This document shows, piece by piece, positions 1-10,545 of a DNA stretch of 64,000 bases. This DNA is from an uncultured SAR86 cluster bacterium (GTDB taxonomy: Bacteria; Pseudomonadota; Gammaproteobacteria; Magnimaribacterales; D2472). The translations under genes were made by a program, and so were the position numbers. Where the stretch lies: contig OX044367.1 of assembly GCA_943846785.1 (NCBI GenBank), positions 914,831 to 978,830 of the forward strand. Reading direction: 5' to 3'. Each line of letters starts with the position of its first letter. Positions within the stretch are counted from its first letter, which is position 1. Under the pieces are notes generated by a model. That model saw only the letters and a program-made list of their open reading frames with translations, was not told the origin of the DNA and ran no database searches.

Positions 1-990
1 GATGATGAGTTTAATTCAAGTATTGTTGTTGATAGCTGGTATAAAAAAAGTTTATGGCTATATTTGCTGTATCCATTTGCATTGGCTGTTTCTTACTTCA
101 CAAGTAGAAAGAGAAGAAAATTCTTAAAAAATTCTGTTAGTAGATATAAATCTGATGTACCTATAATAATTGTTGGTAATTTAACAATAGGAGGAACTGG
201 TAAAACTCCACTAGTAAAATATATAGCATCTGAGTTAATGAAATTAGGATATAAGCCTGGTCTTGTTAGCAGAGGCTATGGTGGTAAGTTTAAGGAAACT
301 TTAAAAGTTACCAATGAAACACCAGTCAAACAAACAGGTGATGAGGCTCAAATTTTATCAACTTTAGATATTCCATTTTATATAGATAAGAACAGAGTAA
401 GAGCGCTCAAAAAACTTAATAAGGACCATGATTGTGATGTAATTATTTCTGATGATGGTCTTCAACACTACAACATGAACAGAGATGTAGAAATTGTTGT
501 TATAGATGGCAAAAGAAGATTTGGTAATAATCTATCATTTCCAGCTGGCCCGTTAAGAGAAACATTAAAAAGATTAGATTCTGTTGATTTTATTGTTAAT
601 AATAGCGGTCCTACAGAAGACGGTGAGTATCTAATGAATGTGAGTCCAGCTAAATTTATTCATCTAAAATCAGGTAAATCATATTCTGTAGAAGAATGGC
701 CTATGCATAAACAAGTTCATGCAGTTGCAGGTCTTGGTAATCCTGGTAGATTTTTTGATCTTTTAGCTAGATTGGGTTTTGATATTACAAGAAATCCTTT
801 TCCGGATCATCATAATTTTCTTTCAGAAGATGTTCATTTTCTTGACCACCTTCCAATTATTATGACTGAAAAAGATGCATCTAAGTGTAAAGATTTTAAT
901 AATAATAAAATATGGTATTTAACAATTGAAGCTGAGGTTTCATCTAAATTTATTGATGAACTAGATAGCAAACTTAAATCTATAAATTAA
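1..990 (+). CDS. lpxK: tetraacyldisaccharide 4'-kinase (lipid A biosynthesis), probably 5'-partial
   Basis: P-loop GNLTIGGTGKTP plus VSRGYGG and ISDDGLQH motifs. The frame is open from nt 1 (..VVDSWYKKSLWLYLL.. resembles the hydrophobic LpxK N-terminus). No ATG/GTG/TTG occurs before the TTG at 64, so the true start is probably upstream of the window. Confidence 0.85.
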   Translation, partial: DDEFNSSIVVDSWYKKSLWLYLLYPFALAVSYFTSRKRRKFLKNSVSRYKSDVPIIIVGNLTIGGTGKTPLVKYIASELMKLGYKPGLVSRGYGGKFKETLKVTNETPVKQTGDEAQILSTLDIPFYIDKNRVRALKKLNKDHDCDVIISDDGLQHYNMNRDVEIVVIDGKRRFGNNLSFPAGPLRETLKRLDSVDFIVNNSGPTEDGEYLMNVSPAKFIHLKSGKSYSVEEWPMHKQVHAVAGLGNPGRFFDLLARLGFDITRNPFPDHHNFLSEDVHFLDHLPIIMTEKDASKCKDFNNNKIWYLTIEAEVSSKFIDELDSKLKSIN

Positions 991-1707
991 ATGAGTATTG
1001 ATTTTGCAATTCTTATTCCATCAAGAATTGGTTCTACGAGACTTGCCAACAAACCACTAATTGATCTCAATGGCATCTCGCTGATTGAAAGAGTTTATAA
1101 CCAAGCAATTAAATTAACCAATAATGTATTTATAGCAACAGATTCTGATGATGTGGTTGCACATGTAAAAACCTTTACTAATAATGTTGTTTTAACTTCA
1201 AGTTCTCATATATCTGGTACAGATAGAATATATGAGGCAGCTAAGGCCCTGAATCTACCTGATGATATTTTTATTCTAAATCTGCAGGGTGATGAGCCAT
1301 TTGTACCAATAAACTTATTAAAGATGATTTTAAAGGACTATGAAGAAAATCATCCTGATGTAATTACAGCTAGTCAAAAAATTACAGATAAAGTAGATTT
1401 AGACAATCCAAATTGCGTTAAAGTGCATAGTATCGATGGCTATGCAGAAGATTTCCAAAGAATTTTTAAAGATAATGTAGAAGATTTATCACATCACCTT
1501 GGTATATATGGTTATAAGCTGTCTACTTTAGAGCTATTAGTCAATTTAGAACCAACCAAACGTGAGCTTGATTTAAAGTTAGAACAACTTAGATTTATGG
1601 ATAATAACTATTCTATTTATGTGAGCAACTATCCAGATAAAGTCCAGGGAGGCATAGATACTCAGGAGGATGTAGACAAAGCAATCTCTTATCTTAAAAG
1701 TTTATGA
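991..1707 (+). CDS. kdsB: 3-deoxy-manno-octulosonate cytidylyltransferase (CMP-KDO synthetase)
   Basis: N-terminal ILIPSRIGSTRLANKPL and LQGDEP motifs, about 238 aa. It starts immediately after the lpxK stop. Confidence 0.9.
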   Translation: MSIDFAILIPSRIGSTRLANKPLIDLNGISLIERVYNQAIKLTNNVFIATDSDDVVAHVKTFTNNVVLTSSSHISGTDRIYEAAKALNLPDDIFILNLQGDEPFVPINLLKMILKDYEENHPDVITASQKITDKVDLDNPNCVKVHSIDGYAEDFQRIFKDNVEDLSHHLGIYGYKLSTLELLVNLEPTKRELDLKLEQLRFMDNNYSIYVSNYPDKVQGGIDTQEDVDKAISYLKSL

Positions 1708-2702
1708 TTATTAAAAAGAATGAACCGATTATAAATTCTTTAAAACTAAAATCTCTTTCTAAAGAGTCTGCACTTATTTCGAATAAGGCTGATCTATATT
1801 TCTTGTCTGAGCATATAAATAAACATAATCTTGAATATCTTATCCTTGGTGAGGGGACAAATATTGTTCCACCAGAATTTTATGATGGAATAGTTATTCG
1901 TTCAGATTACAAAAATATTTCATATAAATCTCCTGATATATTAACAGTTGGGTCTGCTGTAAATTGGGATGATCTTGTAAAATTCTCTCTAGAAAATGAT
2001 ATTAAAGGTTTTGAAAACCTATCTTTAATTCCTGGTTCTGTTGGAGCAAGTCCAATTCAAAATATAGGAGCATACGGAGTTGAAGTTTCATCATTGATTA
2101 GCAGCATTGATTGTTTTGATATTAAGAATTCTGAATTATTAAAGCTTTCTAACGAGGAGTGTAATTTTAAATATAGATCATCAGATCTTAAGAATTCTTC
2201 TTTATTTATAATGTCTATTAATTTCAAGATTGATTCAAATAGAAAACTTAATTCCCGCTATCAGTCTATTCAGAATTATATGAATATTAATGAGATTGAT
2301 GACGCATCATTAACAGCAAAAACTCTTGCCAATATTGTCAGCAATATTCGCAGATCAGTATTACCAAATCATCATGAAATATTTAATGCTGGTAGCTTCT
2401 TTAAAAATCCTATCCTTCATAAGGATCATATTGATCAAAAAACTTTTGCATTAGATAGTCTAATAATATGGGAGCTTGAAAATAATATGGTTAAAGTAGG
2501 AGCCGCTAGATTAATTGAACTTATTAGAGATAAAATTTCACCATCAGAAAATGTTTCATTATTTGATAAGCACTCGTTAGTGGTTATCACTAATGGAAAA
2601 GCAAATCAGTCAGAAGTTTTAGCATATGCTAAAAATATTCAAGATATTGTTTTTGATATATTTAATATTAAATTAGATATAGAGCCTAATATTATTACTT
2701 AG
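1704..2702 (+). CDS. murB: UDP-N-acetylenolpyruvoylglucosamine reductase
   Basis: FAD-binding LGEGTNIV, PGSVGASPIQNIGAYG and GSFFKNP motifs. 4-nt ATGA overlap with kdsB. Confidence 0.85.
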   Translation: MIIKKNEPIINSLKLKSLSKESALISNKADLYFLSEHINKHNLEYLILGEGTNIVPPEFYDGIVIRSDYKNISYKSPDILTVGSAVNWDDLVKFSLENDIKGFENLSLIPGSVGASPIQNIGAYGVEVSSLISSIDCFDIKNSELLKLSNEECNFKYRSSDLKNSSLFIMSINFKIDSNRKLNSRYQSIQNYMNINEIDDASLTAKTLANIVSNIRRSVLPNHHEIFNAGSFFKNPILHKDHIDQKTFALDSLIIWELENNMVKVGAARLIELIRDKISPSENVSLFDKHSLVVITNGKANQSEVLAYAKNIQDIVFDIFNIKLDIEPNIIT

Positions 2703-2704
2703 TT

Positions 2705-3310
2705 ATGTTTATTTGGTCATCAATTGCACATCTAATTGCACTTACTAGCCCTGGCCCTGATACAGCAATAGTTATAAGGCAAGTTACGCTCTATGGACGT
2801 AAATCTGGCATTATGGCTTCTCTTGGAATTGGATTTGGAATTTCTCTTCATTGCTTTTTAGCCATTAGTGGAATTTCTTTATTTGTTCTATCCAATGATC
2901 AATATAAATTTATTATTAGCTTATTTGGTGGATCTTATTTAATTTATTTAAGCTTAATGATGCTCAAGACATCAGATGATAGTTCTTTTAATTCCTCAGA
3001 ATCCTATAAGCCTGTAAATAGCTTTTTTACTGGTTTTATTACCAATATATTTAATATTAAAGCTTTTATTTTTTTTGTATCACTTTTTACCATTCTTATA
3101 GATAGTATTGAAGGTATCTATTTTTATCTATATCCAATTTATTTCTCAATAACTTCTTGTTTATGGTTTGTTCTTGTAAGCATACTTTTAAGCTCTTCAA
3201 ATAAAAGCTTTAATATTCATGAAAATAGAACTATAAAATTTATAATGAGCATATTACTATGCGTAATAGGTGCTTCAATTCTATTTAGGTCTATATATGA
3301 GTATTTCTAA
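2705..3310 (+). CDS. LysE/RhtB family amino-acid exporter
   Basis: 201 aa, about 6 hydrophobic segments, N-terminal SPGPDTA motif typical of the LysE family. Confidence 0.7.
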   Translation: MFIWSSIAHLIALTSPGPDTAIVIRQVTLYGRKSGIMASLGIGFGISLHCFLAISGISLFVLSNDQYKFIISLFGGSYLIYLSLMMLKTSDDSSFNSSESYKPVNSFFTGFITNIFNIKAFIFFVSLFTILIDSIEGIYFYLYPIYFSITSCLWFVLVSILLSSSNKSFNIHENRTIKFIMSILLCVIGASILFRSIYEYF

Positions 3311-3842
3311 ATTAACAATGAGTCTTGAGGATTCTAAAAATATACAGTTTCCACCAGTTCACTTGTGGAACCCAGATTTATGTGAAGGCCAGGAAATAAA
3401 GATTAATAGAGATGGGGCTTGGTTTTACAATAACTCTTTAATAAAAAACCAAAAATTGGTCAATCTTTTTGCTAGCGTGTTACGAAAAGATGGTGATAAT
3501 TATTTTCTTGTAACTCCAACTGAAAAAGTTCCAGTCAAGGTTGAAATAGCTCCTTATGTGATTGAAGATTTCAAAATTATAGAAGACACAATTGAATTAA
3601 AAACAAATCTTAACTACTCATTTTTACTTACTGAAAAAGATTTAGTAAGACTTAAAGAGATTGAGAAGACCTTCTTGCCATTGATTACAGTAAGAAATTC
3701 TATAGAAGGATTTTTTAATAGGAATACTTACTATCGTATTATTGATTTTGCTTTAGAAAATAATTATGTTAAAAATAATACTCTTTATATAAAAAGTAAC
3801 TCTAATTTATATCCGGTTGGCAAAGTTGCACAAGAAACTTAA
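3297..3842 (+). CDS. DUF1285 domain protein
   Basis: [30 protein letters not shown]... matches my recollection of the DUF1285 N-terminal signature. Start is ambiguous (ATG at 3270, 3297 or 3318). Confidence 0.65.
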   Translation: MSISKLTMSLEDSKNIQFPPVHLWNPDLCEGQEIKINRDGAWFYNNSLIKNQKLVNLFASVLRKDGDNYFLVTPTEKVPVKVEIAPYVIEDFKIIEDTIELKTNLNYSFLLTEKDLVRLKEIEKTFLPLITVRNSIEGFFNRNTYYRIIDFALENNYVKNNTLYIKSNSNLYPVGKVAQET

Positions 3843-3984
3843 TTTAAAATCTAAAAAGTGCTTAGTCTGTAAAAAAGATTTTAATTGGCGTAAAAAATGG
3901 GAACGTGATTGGGACAATATTAAATACTGTAGTGAAAAATGTAAACGCTCTAGGAATTTAAAGAGTCTTCAATCCACTCTGTAA
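3817..3984 (+). CDS. small zinc-ribbon protein, DUF2256 family (absent from the ORF track; non-ATG start)
   Basis: Hand translation gives ..[43 protein letters not shown]. The CxxC...F.WRKKW...W....YCS..C pattern is the DUF2256 signature. The frame is open from 3793 and the only candidate starts are TTG 3817 or TTG 3826. At 52-55 aa it falls below the track cutoff. Confidence 0.6.
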   Translation: MAKLHKKLNLKSKKCLVCKKDFNWRKKWERDWDNIKYCSEKCKRSRNLKSLQSTL

Positions 3985-5761
3985 TATACATATCCAACAT
4001 ATCTAATGATATAGATCCTCTTTTTAAAACTTCATAGTGAAAATCTTTTATATCAAAGCTATCTCCTAACTCAGATTCAGCTCTAGTTCTTAACTCAAGA
4101 ATTTTAAGTTGCCCAATCTTATAAGCCAATGCTTGTCCTGGCCATGCTATATATCGATCAACTTCATTTTCAATATCTAGTTGTGATTTAGCAGTATTTT
4201 CAAGAAATAAATTTATAGCATCATCTCTAGACCAATTTTTATAATGCATTCCTGTATCTACGACCAGTCTGATAGCTCTCCACATGTCATAAGTTAATTG
4301 ACCAAATTTATCATATGGATCCTCATATAAACCCATATATTCACCAAGCTCTTCACTATAGAGACCCCAGCCTTCAACAAAAGCTGTAAAGCTTAAATAT
4401 TTTCTAAACATTGGGACATTTTCGAGCTCTTGAGCAATAGAAATTTGGAAATGATGACCAGGTACGGCTTCATGAACAGTCAATACTGGTATTTCATATT
4501 TTGGTCTTGATTCAGGCTTGTATAAATTAGCATAAAAATAACCCGGTTTACCTTTTGAGGCAGAGCTATAGTAAGCAGTTGTTGTAAAAGGTGCGCTCTC
4601 TGCTGGAATAGGCTTTACTCCATATGGTGCTCTTGGAAATGTTTTAAAGATTTTTGGAAGAAGGGGATCTATGGTTTTCGACATTATTAAATATGCATCA
4701 AAAAGATCTTCAGGATTATCATAATAAAATCTAGGACTTGTTCTAAGATAGTTTAAAAATGAATTAAAATCTCCATCCCATTCAAGATCTGCAATTATTT
4801 GTTCCATTTCTGATCTAATTCTTTTGACTTCTTTTAGACCGATATTATGGATTTCATTTGGAGTAAGATCAGTAGTCGTATGATACCTTGCAAGATCTTT
4901 ATACCAATCTCTACCATTTGGTACGTCACTTATACCAATTGTGTCTCTTGATTCAGGTAAATATTCATTTACTAAAAAATCATATAAGTTTTTATATGCA
5001 GGCAATATATTATTTTCTATAACATTTTTTGCTTCACGGATAAGTTCTGATTTTTGATTATCTTGAAAATATATGTCATCAGCATTTATAAAAATTTGCA
5101 TATATGGATTATCATCAATATCAGAATCAAGAATCGTTTTAATTTGTGAGATAACACCACGTGTAACTATTTTTGGTTGTGAATAGCCTTGGTTTAAGGC
5201 TTCTTTGTTATTAACTAAAGAATTAGATATATTTTTAGCATATGCCTCAAGTCTGATTAACCAATCTTTGTAGTCTTGTTGAGAAGAGTAAATTAGTCTA
5301 TCTCCAGTCTCATAATAACTCTGAACGCCACCTCTTTGATTAAGTTGCATAAAATATGTTGGATATTTCATTCTATTAATATCATTCTTCATACCGAGTT
5401 CAGCAAGTCTGTAATTTAATTTATTATTTTCATTAAGTGAGTTGATATCAAATGCCTGCAATTTTTCTAAAGCAGCAGCAGATTTCGATTTGTTAATATT
5501 AAATTGCTCAATACTATTTGAAGATATTAGTTGATTGTATTTTTTATTTCCCAACATTGAAGCAAAAACAGGACTATCAGCCAATCCTTCATCCCACTGG
5601 TTTTTAAGAAAATCTTCAAATACTTTATTATCATTATTAACTGAAATTAAGTTATTTGATTCCTTTGGAGTATTCAAAGTTTCATTGGCTATATTAGTAC
5701 TAGCGCATGAAGACAGGAGAATGATTGTTAAAAAATACTGATACTTTCTATTCTTTTTCAT
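3950..5761 (-). CDS. DUF885 family lipoprotein (metallopeptidase-like)
   Basis: Lipobox LLSSC at the N-terminus. [10 protein letters not shown] motif and a length of about 600 aa are typical of DUF885. Confidence 0.75.
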   Translation of the reverse strand: MKKNRKYQYFLTIILLSSCASTNIANETLNTPKESNNLISVNNDNKVFEDFLKNQWDEGLADSPVFASMLGNKKYNQLISSNSIEQFNINKSKSAAALEKLQAFDINSLNENNKLNYRLAELGMKNDINRMKYPTYFMQLNQRGGVQSYYETGDRLIYSSQQDYKDWLIRLEAYAKNISNSLVNNKEALNQGYSQPKIVTRGVISQIKTILDSDIDDNPYMQIFINADDIYFQDNQKSELIREAKNVIENNILPAYKNLYDFLVNEYLPESRDTIGISDVPNGRDWYKDLARYHTTTDLTPNEIHNIGLKEVKRIRSEMEQIIADLEWDGDFNSFLNYLRTSPRFYYDNPEDLFDAYLIMSKTIDPLLPKIFKTFPRAPYGVKPIPAESAPFTTTAYYSSASKGKPGYFYANLYKPESRPKYEIPVLTVHEAVPGHHFQISIAQELENVPMFRKYLSFTAFVEGWGLYSEELGEYMGLYEDPYDKFGQLTYDMWRAIRLVVDTGMHYKNWSRDDAINLFLENTAKSQLDIENEVDRYIAWPGQALAYKIGQLKILELRTRAESELGDSFDIKDFHYEVLKRGSISLDMLDMYITEWIEDSLNS

Positions 5762-5766
5762 AATAA

Positions 5767-7398
5767 TTACATATTTGGATAATTTGGGCCTCCTGGTCCC
5801 TCAGGACTTACCCAGTTAATATTCTGTGATGGGTCTTTAATATCACATGTTTTGCAATGGACGCAGTTTTGAGCATTTATAACAAACTTTTTATCTCCAT
5901 CCTTTTCAACAATCTCATAAACACCAGCCGGACAATACCTTTGAGCAGGCTCATCATAAAGAGGCAAATTAACTGATATTGGAATCGAAGAATCTTTTAA
6001 TTGTAAATGACAAGGTTGATCTTCTTCATGATTGGTATTAGATAGATATACTGAGGAAAGTTTATCAAAAGAATAAACTCCATCAGGTTTATTGTATTCA
6101 ATTTTTTTTGCCTCATCAGCTTTTAGCAGACAAGCATGATCTGGTGTTGAGTGATTCATAGTAAAAGGAAGATTACCTCTAAAAATAAACTGATCAATTG
6201 CATTAAATGCTGCTCCTATCAATGCACCAAATTTGTGAAAAATTGGACCAAAATTTCTTGATTTGTAAAGTTCTGTATATATCCAAGATTGATGCACTTT
6301 ATCCTCATATGATATTCCTGATGATAAATCACCATGTATATTTTCATAGACATGTTCACCAGCAATGATCCCAGATTTCATAGCAGTATGTGATCCTTTG
6401 ATTTTAGAAAAATTCAACATACCCGCATTATCACCAATTAGAAGTCCCCCTGGAAAATCTAGCTTTGGTAATGATTGAAGTCCACCCTTAATAAGTGCTC
6501 TAGCACCATATGATAATCTTTCAGCTCCATTTAAATATTTGCTAATAGCTGGATGAGTTTTCCATTTCTGAAATTCATCGAAAGGGCTAAGATGAGGATT
6601 TTTATAATCTAAAGGTATTACATAACCAACATAGGCTTCATTATTTTCACCGTGATAAAAATATGAACCTGAAGGTGTATCAGTTGGCGTTGGCCAACCA
6701 TTAGTATGAATTACAAGACCAGGATCATAAAGTTCTTCTTTAAGTTTCCATACTTCTTTGAAACCTATTCCATAATGCTGCGGATCTTTATCGTCATCCA
6801 ATTTATACTTTTGAATAATTTCTTTTCCAAGATGACCTCTACATCCTTCTCCTAAAACAGTATATTTAGCTCTTATTTCTATTCCTGGTTCATGACCTGG
6901 CTTTAACTCACCAGATGCAGATATACCCATATCTCCAGTTTGAACGCCCACAACTTGGTCGTCTTCATAAATTAATTTACTTGCAGGGAAACCTGGAAAT
7001 ATTTCAACACCAAGATTCTCAGCTTGTTCAGCAAGCCATCTACAGAGGTTTCCTAAACTTATTACATAGTTACCATGATTATTCATTGGAGGCATTACAA
7101 AAGCAGGAATAGAGATTGCTAACTTACTTAACAAAAATAGTAATTTATCTTTTTTTACTGGAACATTTAGAGGAGCATTAAGCTCTTTCCAATTAGGTAA
7201 TAGTTCATCTAAGGCCGTTGGTTGAAAAACATTTCCTGATAAAATGTGAGCACCAATCTCAGAACCTTTTTCTAATAAACAGATACTATAATCAGTTCCA
7301 TTTTCTTTATTCAGTTGTGCAAATTTAATTGCTGTTGATAATCCAGAAGGACCACCACCAACTACCACAACATCATATTCCATAACTTCTCTTTCCAT
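5767..7398 (-). CDS. electron-transfer flavoprotein:ubiquinone oxidoreductase (ETF-QO)
   Basis: N-terminal FAD fold YDVVVVGGGPSG. C-terminal 4Fe-4S motif CVHCKTCDIKDP...WVSPEGPGGPNYPNM. Confidence 0.9.
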   Translation of the reverse strand: MEREVMEYDVVVVGGGPSGLSTAIKFAQLNKENGTDYSICLLEKGSEIGAHILSGNVFQPTALDELLPNWKELNAPLNVPVKKDKLLFLLSKLAISIPAFVMPPMNNHGNYVISLGNLCRWLAEQAENLGVEIFPGFPASKLIYEDDQVVGVQTGDMGISASGELKPGHEPGIEIRAKYTVLGEGCRGHLGKEIIQKYKLDDDKDPQHYGIGFKEVWKLKEELYDPGLVIHTNGWPTPTDTPSGSYFYHGENNEAYVGYVIPLDYKNPHLSPFDEFQKWKTHPAISKYLNGAERLSYGARALIKGGLQSLPKLDFPGGLLIGDNAGMLNFSKIKGSHTAMKSGIIAGEHVYENIHGDLSSGISYEDKVHQSWIYTELYKSRNFGPIFHKFGALIGAAFNAIDQFIFRGNLPFTMNHSTPDHACLLKADEAKKIEYNKPDGVYSFDKLSSVYLSNTNHEEDQPCHLQLKDSSIPISVNLPLYDEPAQRYCPAGVYEIVEKDGDKKFVINAQNCVHCKTCDIKDPSQNINWVSPEGPGGPNYPNM

Positions 7399-7445
7399 GT
7401 GTGTGCCTCGTTTTAGTTATTGTAAAATGTAAAAAAGTTACTACA

Positions 7446-7483
7446 ATTATACCGTATATTTAATTATAGCTAACGGTTATAAT
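7446..7483. promoter_or_regulatory. divergent etfD/etfB promoter region: imperfect inverted repeat carrying a TATAAT box on each strand
   Basis: ATTATACCGT (7446-7455) and ACGGTTATAAT (7473-7483) are inverted copies with one extra T. TATAAT reads rightward at 7478-7483, 39 nt before the etfB ATG. It reads leftward at 7446-7451, 47 nt before the ETF-QO ATG. Confidence 0.4.
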
Positions 7484-7522
7484 ACTTCGAATTCAAATTA
7501 ACAAATTTATATAATAAAAATT

Positions 7523-8275
7523 ATGAAAATACTAGTACCAATTAAAAGAGTTGTTGATTACAACGTTAAGGTCAGACCTATGGCTGATGGCTCTGATGTT
7601 GATTTAAATAATGTAAAAATGTCAGTGAATCCTTTTTGTGAAATAGCATTAGAAGAGGCTGTTAGAATTAAAGAAGCTGGAAGTGCTGATGAGGTTGTTG
7701 CCATCTCTATTGGAAAGACTGAGTCTCAAGAACAACTAAGAACAGCACTCGCATTGGGAGCTGATAGAGCAATTTTAGTTGAAACAGATTCTTTGTTAGA
7801 ACCTTTAGCCATATCTAAAGCATTGGCAAAAGTTATTGAGCAAGAAAATCCTGATATTACTATTTTAGGAAAACAAGCAATTGATGGTGATAACAATCAA
7901 ACAGGTCAAATGTTAGGAGCTTTATTAGACTATCCGCAAGCTACAAATGCTTCTGAGGTCGTAATTGACGGAACTTCACTAAATGTTACTAGAGAAATTG
8001 ATGGTGGCCTTCAAACATTAAAATTATCAATGCCAGCAATCGTAACAACAGATCTAAGACTTAATGAACCAAGATACGCATCTCTTCCAAATATCATGAA
8101 AGCTAAGAAAAAAGAGCTTAATATTATTCCTCTTGCAGATTTGGGCGTTGATGCAACTCCTAGAACTGAATTACTGTCTGTGGAGCTTCCGCCTTCAAGG
8201 GAGGCAGGAATTATTGTTGAAACAATAGAAGAGCTTGTTGATAAACTTAAAAATGAAGCAAAGGTGATTTCATGA
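7523..8275 (+). CDS. etfB: electron transfer flavoprotein beta subunit
   Basis: [18 protein letters not shown]... and the overall sequence are typical EtfB. 250 aa. Confidence 0.9.
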   Translation: MKILVPIKRVVDYNVKVRPMADGSDVDLNNVKMSVNPFCEIALEEAVRIKEAGSADEVVAISIGKTESQEQLRTALALGADRAILVETDSLLEPLAISKALAKVIEQENPDITILGKQAIDGDNNQTGQMLGALLDYPQATNASEVVIDGTSLNVTREIDGGLQTLKLSMPAIVTTDLRLNEPRYASLPNIMKAKKKELNIIPLADLGVDATPRTELLSVELPPSREAGIIVETIEELVDKLKNEAKVIS

Positions 8276-9200
8276 GTATTTTAGTAATAGCAGAACATGA
8301 TAATAATAGTCTTAAAGGATCTACATTAAATACTGTAGCAGCCGCTGTTAATCTTGAAAAAGAAATAACGTTATTAGTAGCTGGATCTGACTGCAGTCGG
8401 TTGTATCTGAAGCTCAATCTGTAGATTCTATATCTAAAGTTATAGCAGTCGATGATGCTGTATATAAAAACTTTATTGCTGAAAATGTCTCAGCTTTAGT
8501 GCTTAGCATTGCTAGTGATTACTCATATATTATGGCACCAGCAACTACTTTTGGAAAAAATCTTTTACCAAGAGTTGCTGCAAAATTAGATTCTCAACAA
8601 ATATCTGACATTATTAGTGTTGAATCTGATGATACATTTAAAAGGCCTATCTATGCTGGAAGCTGTATAGCTACAGTTAAGTCTAATGACTCTATTAAAG
8701 TTATAACAGTTAGATCTACTGCTTTTGATGCAATTGGAATGTCAAATTCTGGTGTAGAAGTTGTGAGTATCGATGCTGTTGCAGATTCAGGAAAATGTGA
8801 GTTTGTTTCTGAAGAAATTGCTAAAAGCGATCGTCCTGAATTAACAGCTGCTAATATTGTTATATCTGGTGGAAGAGGAATGCAATCAGGTGATAATTTC
8901 CATCTTCTTGATTCTATTGCGGATAAACTTGGGGCTGCCGTTGGAGCTTCACGGGCTGCAGTGGATGCTGGCTATGTACCTAATGATTATCAGGTTGGAC
9001 AAACTGGTAAAATTGTAGCACCTGATTTATACATAGCTGTTGGCATATCTGGAGCTATTCAGCATTTAGCAGGTATGAAAGATTCAAAAGTGATAGTTGC
9101 AATTAATAAGGATGAAGATGCACCAATTTTTCAAGTAGCCGACTACGGTTTGGTATCTGATTTATTTACTGCCTTGCCTGAATTAGATTCAGCTTTGTAA
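8272..9200 (+). pseudogene. etfA: electron transfer flavoprotein alpha subunit, reading frame broken once (net 1-nt deficit between 8391 and 8424)
   Basis: The ATG at 8272 (ATGA overlap with etfB) gives [42 protein letters not shown], then stops at 8422-8424. The EtfA continuation (..VVSEAQSVDSISKVIAVDDAVYKN..APATTFGKNLLPRVAAKLD..) is in the neighbouring frame, which is open from 8391 and includes the listed 8499-9200 ORF. Confidence 0.85.
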
Positions 9201-9218
9201 ATAGTATTTCTTTTCCAT

Positions 9219-9249
9219 AAAAAGGATCATTTTTGGTCCTTTTTTTTTA
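9219..9249 (+). terminator. rho-independent terminator after etfA
   Basis: Stem AGGATC (9223-9228) pairs with GGTCCT (9235-9240), including one G.U pair. Loop ATTTTT, followed by T8, with an A-run upstream. Confidence 0.6.
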
Positions 9250-9273
9250 TCCTTTTGGTGGTAAACTTTTTGT

Positions 9274-10545
9274 ATGAAATTTTTATATATATTTTTAGCT
9301 TCCTTTTCTTTATCAGTTTCTGCCTCAACAGTTATCTATTCATCCTCATATATTGATGTTATTAATTTAACTGAAATGAATGATCATTCAATTGTAATAG
9401 ATGGCAATAAAATCAGCGCTATAGAAGCTGGCTTCATTCAACTTTCAAATGAAGATACATTGATTGATCTCAGAGGTATGACATTAATGCCTGGATTTAT
9501 GGATATGCATGTTCACTTTGGTCAAGAATATCTATCAAAAGCTGAACGTCCTGCAAAAGTTGAAAGAGAGACTAGTGCAATTATGGCAACATCTCATGCG
9601 CTTAAAACCTTAAAAGCAGGTTTTACAACAGTTAGGCAGGTTGGTGATAGTGGTATGGTTGCCATATCATTAAGAGATACCATTAATTCTGGTAAAATTA
9701 TTGGACCAAGAATATATACTTCAGGTAAGAGTATTGCTACTACTGGCGGTCATGCAGACCCAACTAATGGCCTTAGTTCAGATAGTTACAGTTATCCTTC
9801 AGCTGAAGATGGTGTTATCAATGGTCCATATGATGCCTATACTGCAGTTAGGCAGAGATATAAAGACGGTGCTGATGGTATTAAATTAACTGTAACAGGT
9901 GGAGTCTTAAGTGTTGCCAAATCAGGTGATAATCCTCAATTCACAATCGAAGAGGTTAACTCAGTTGTAAAGGCTGCAAAAGATTACGGTATGTGGGTTG
10001 CAGTTCATGCTCATGGAGCTGAAGGTATGAAAAGGGCAGTTATAGCTGGTGTCGACTCTGTTGAACATGGAACATTCATGACTGAAGAGGTTATGGATTT
10101 AATGATTCAAAATGGCACATACTATGTACCCACTATTTCTGCGGGAGAATTTGTTGCTGAAAAATCTAAAATTGATAATTATTTTCCTGAGATAGTTCGT
10201 CCAAAGGCTGCTAGTGTAGGTCCGCAAATATCAGCTACTTTTTCAAAAGCTTATAAAAGAGGTGTGAAAATTGCTTTTGGGACTGACGCTGGCGTTCAAC
10301 CTCATGGAACAAATTTAAAAGAGTTTGTTTATATGGTTAATAGCGGTATGCCCAATATAGAAGCTATTAAATCTGCAACATTAGAGACTGCTAAATTATT
10401 AAAGATAGATTCTGAACTTGGTTCTATTTCAGTGGGTAAATTGGCAGATTTGGTTGCTGTTAAGGGTAATCCAATTCAAGATATTAATAATATAGAGAAT
10501 ATTTCTTTTGTCATGAAAGATGGAGTTGTTATAGAGCATGATTAA
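9274..10545 (+). CDS. secreted amidohydrolase-family metallohydrolase (COG1228-like)
   Basis: Signal peptide MKFLYIFLASFSLSVSAS. Metal ligand motifs MDMHVHF, VHAHG and FGTDAG. Confidence 0.8.
   Translation: MKFLYIFLASFSLSVSASTVIYSSSYIDVINLTEMNDHSIVIDGNKISAIEAGFIQLSNEDTLIDLRGMTLMPGFMDMHVHFGQEYLSKAERPAKVERETSAIMATSHALKTLKAGFTTVRQVGDSGMVAISLRDTINSGKIIGPRIYTSGKSIATTGGHADPTNGLSSDSYSYPSAEDGVINGPYDAYTAVRQRYKDGADGIKLTVTGGVLSVAKSGDNPQFTIEEVNSVVKAAKDYGMWVAVHAHGAEGMKRAVIAGVDSVEHGTFMTEEVMDLMIQNGTYYVPTISAGEFVAEKSKIDNYFPEIVRPKAASVGPQISATFSKAYKRGVKIAFGTDAGVQPHGTNLKEFVYMVNSGMPNIEAIKSATLETAKLLKIDSELGSISVGKLADLVAVKGNPIQDINNIENISFVMKDGVVIEHD

Noticed and set aside
5535-7112. Listed short plus-strand ORFs 5535-5741 and 6915-7112
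   Set aside because: They lie entirely antisense within the long, well-supported DUF885 and ETF-QO genes and have low-complexity translations. They are typical shadow ORFs.
9701-9889. Listed ORF 9701-9889 and similar same-strand or antisense ORFs inside larger genes (for example 12086-12316, 12563-12775, 20090-20305, 21211-21450, 22285-22473, 29564-29746, 31231-31413, 32545-33282, 38485-38667, 41488-41670, 42815-43015, 43919-44158, 44573-44809, 46847-47062, 47638-47826, 49206-49406, 55770-56097, 59096-59314, 63750-63944)
   Set aside because: All are nested in alternative frames of confidently identified genes, carry no motifs, and have skewed composition. I treat them as spurious.
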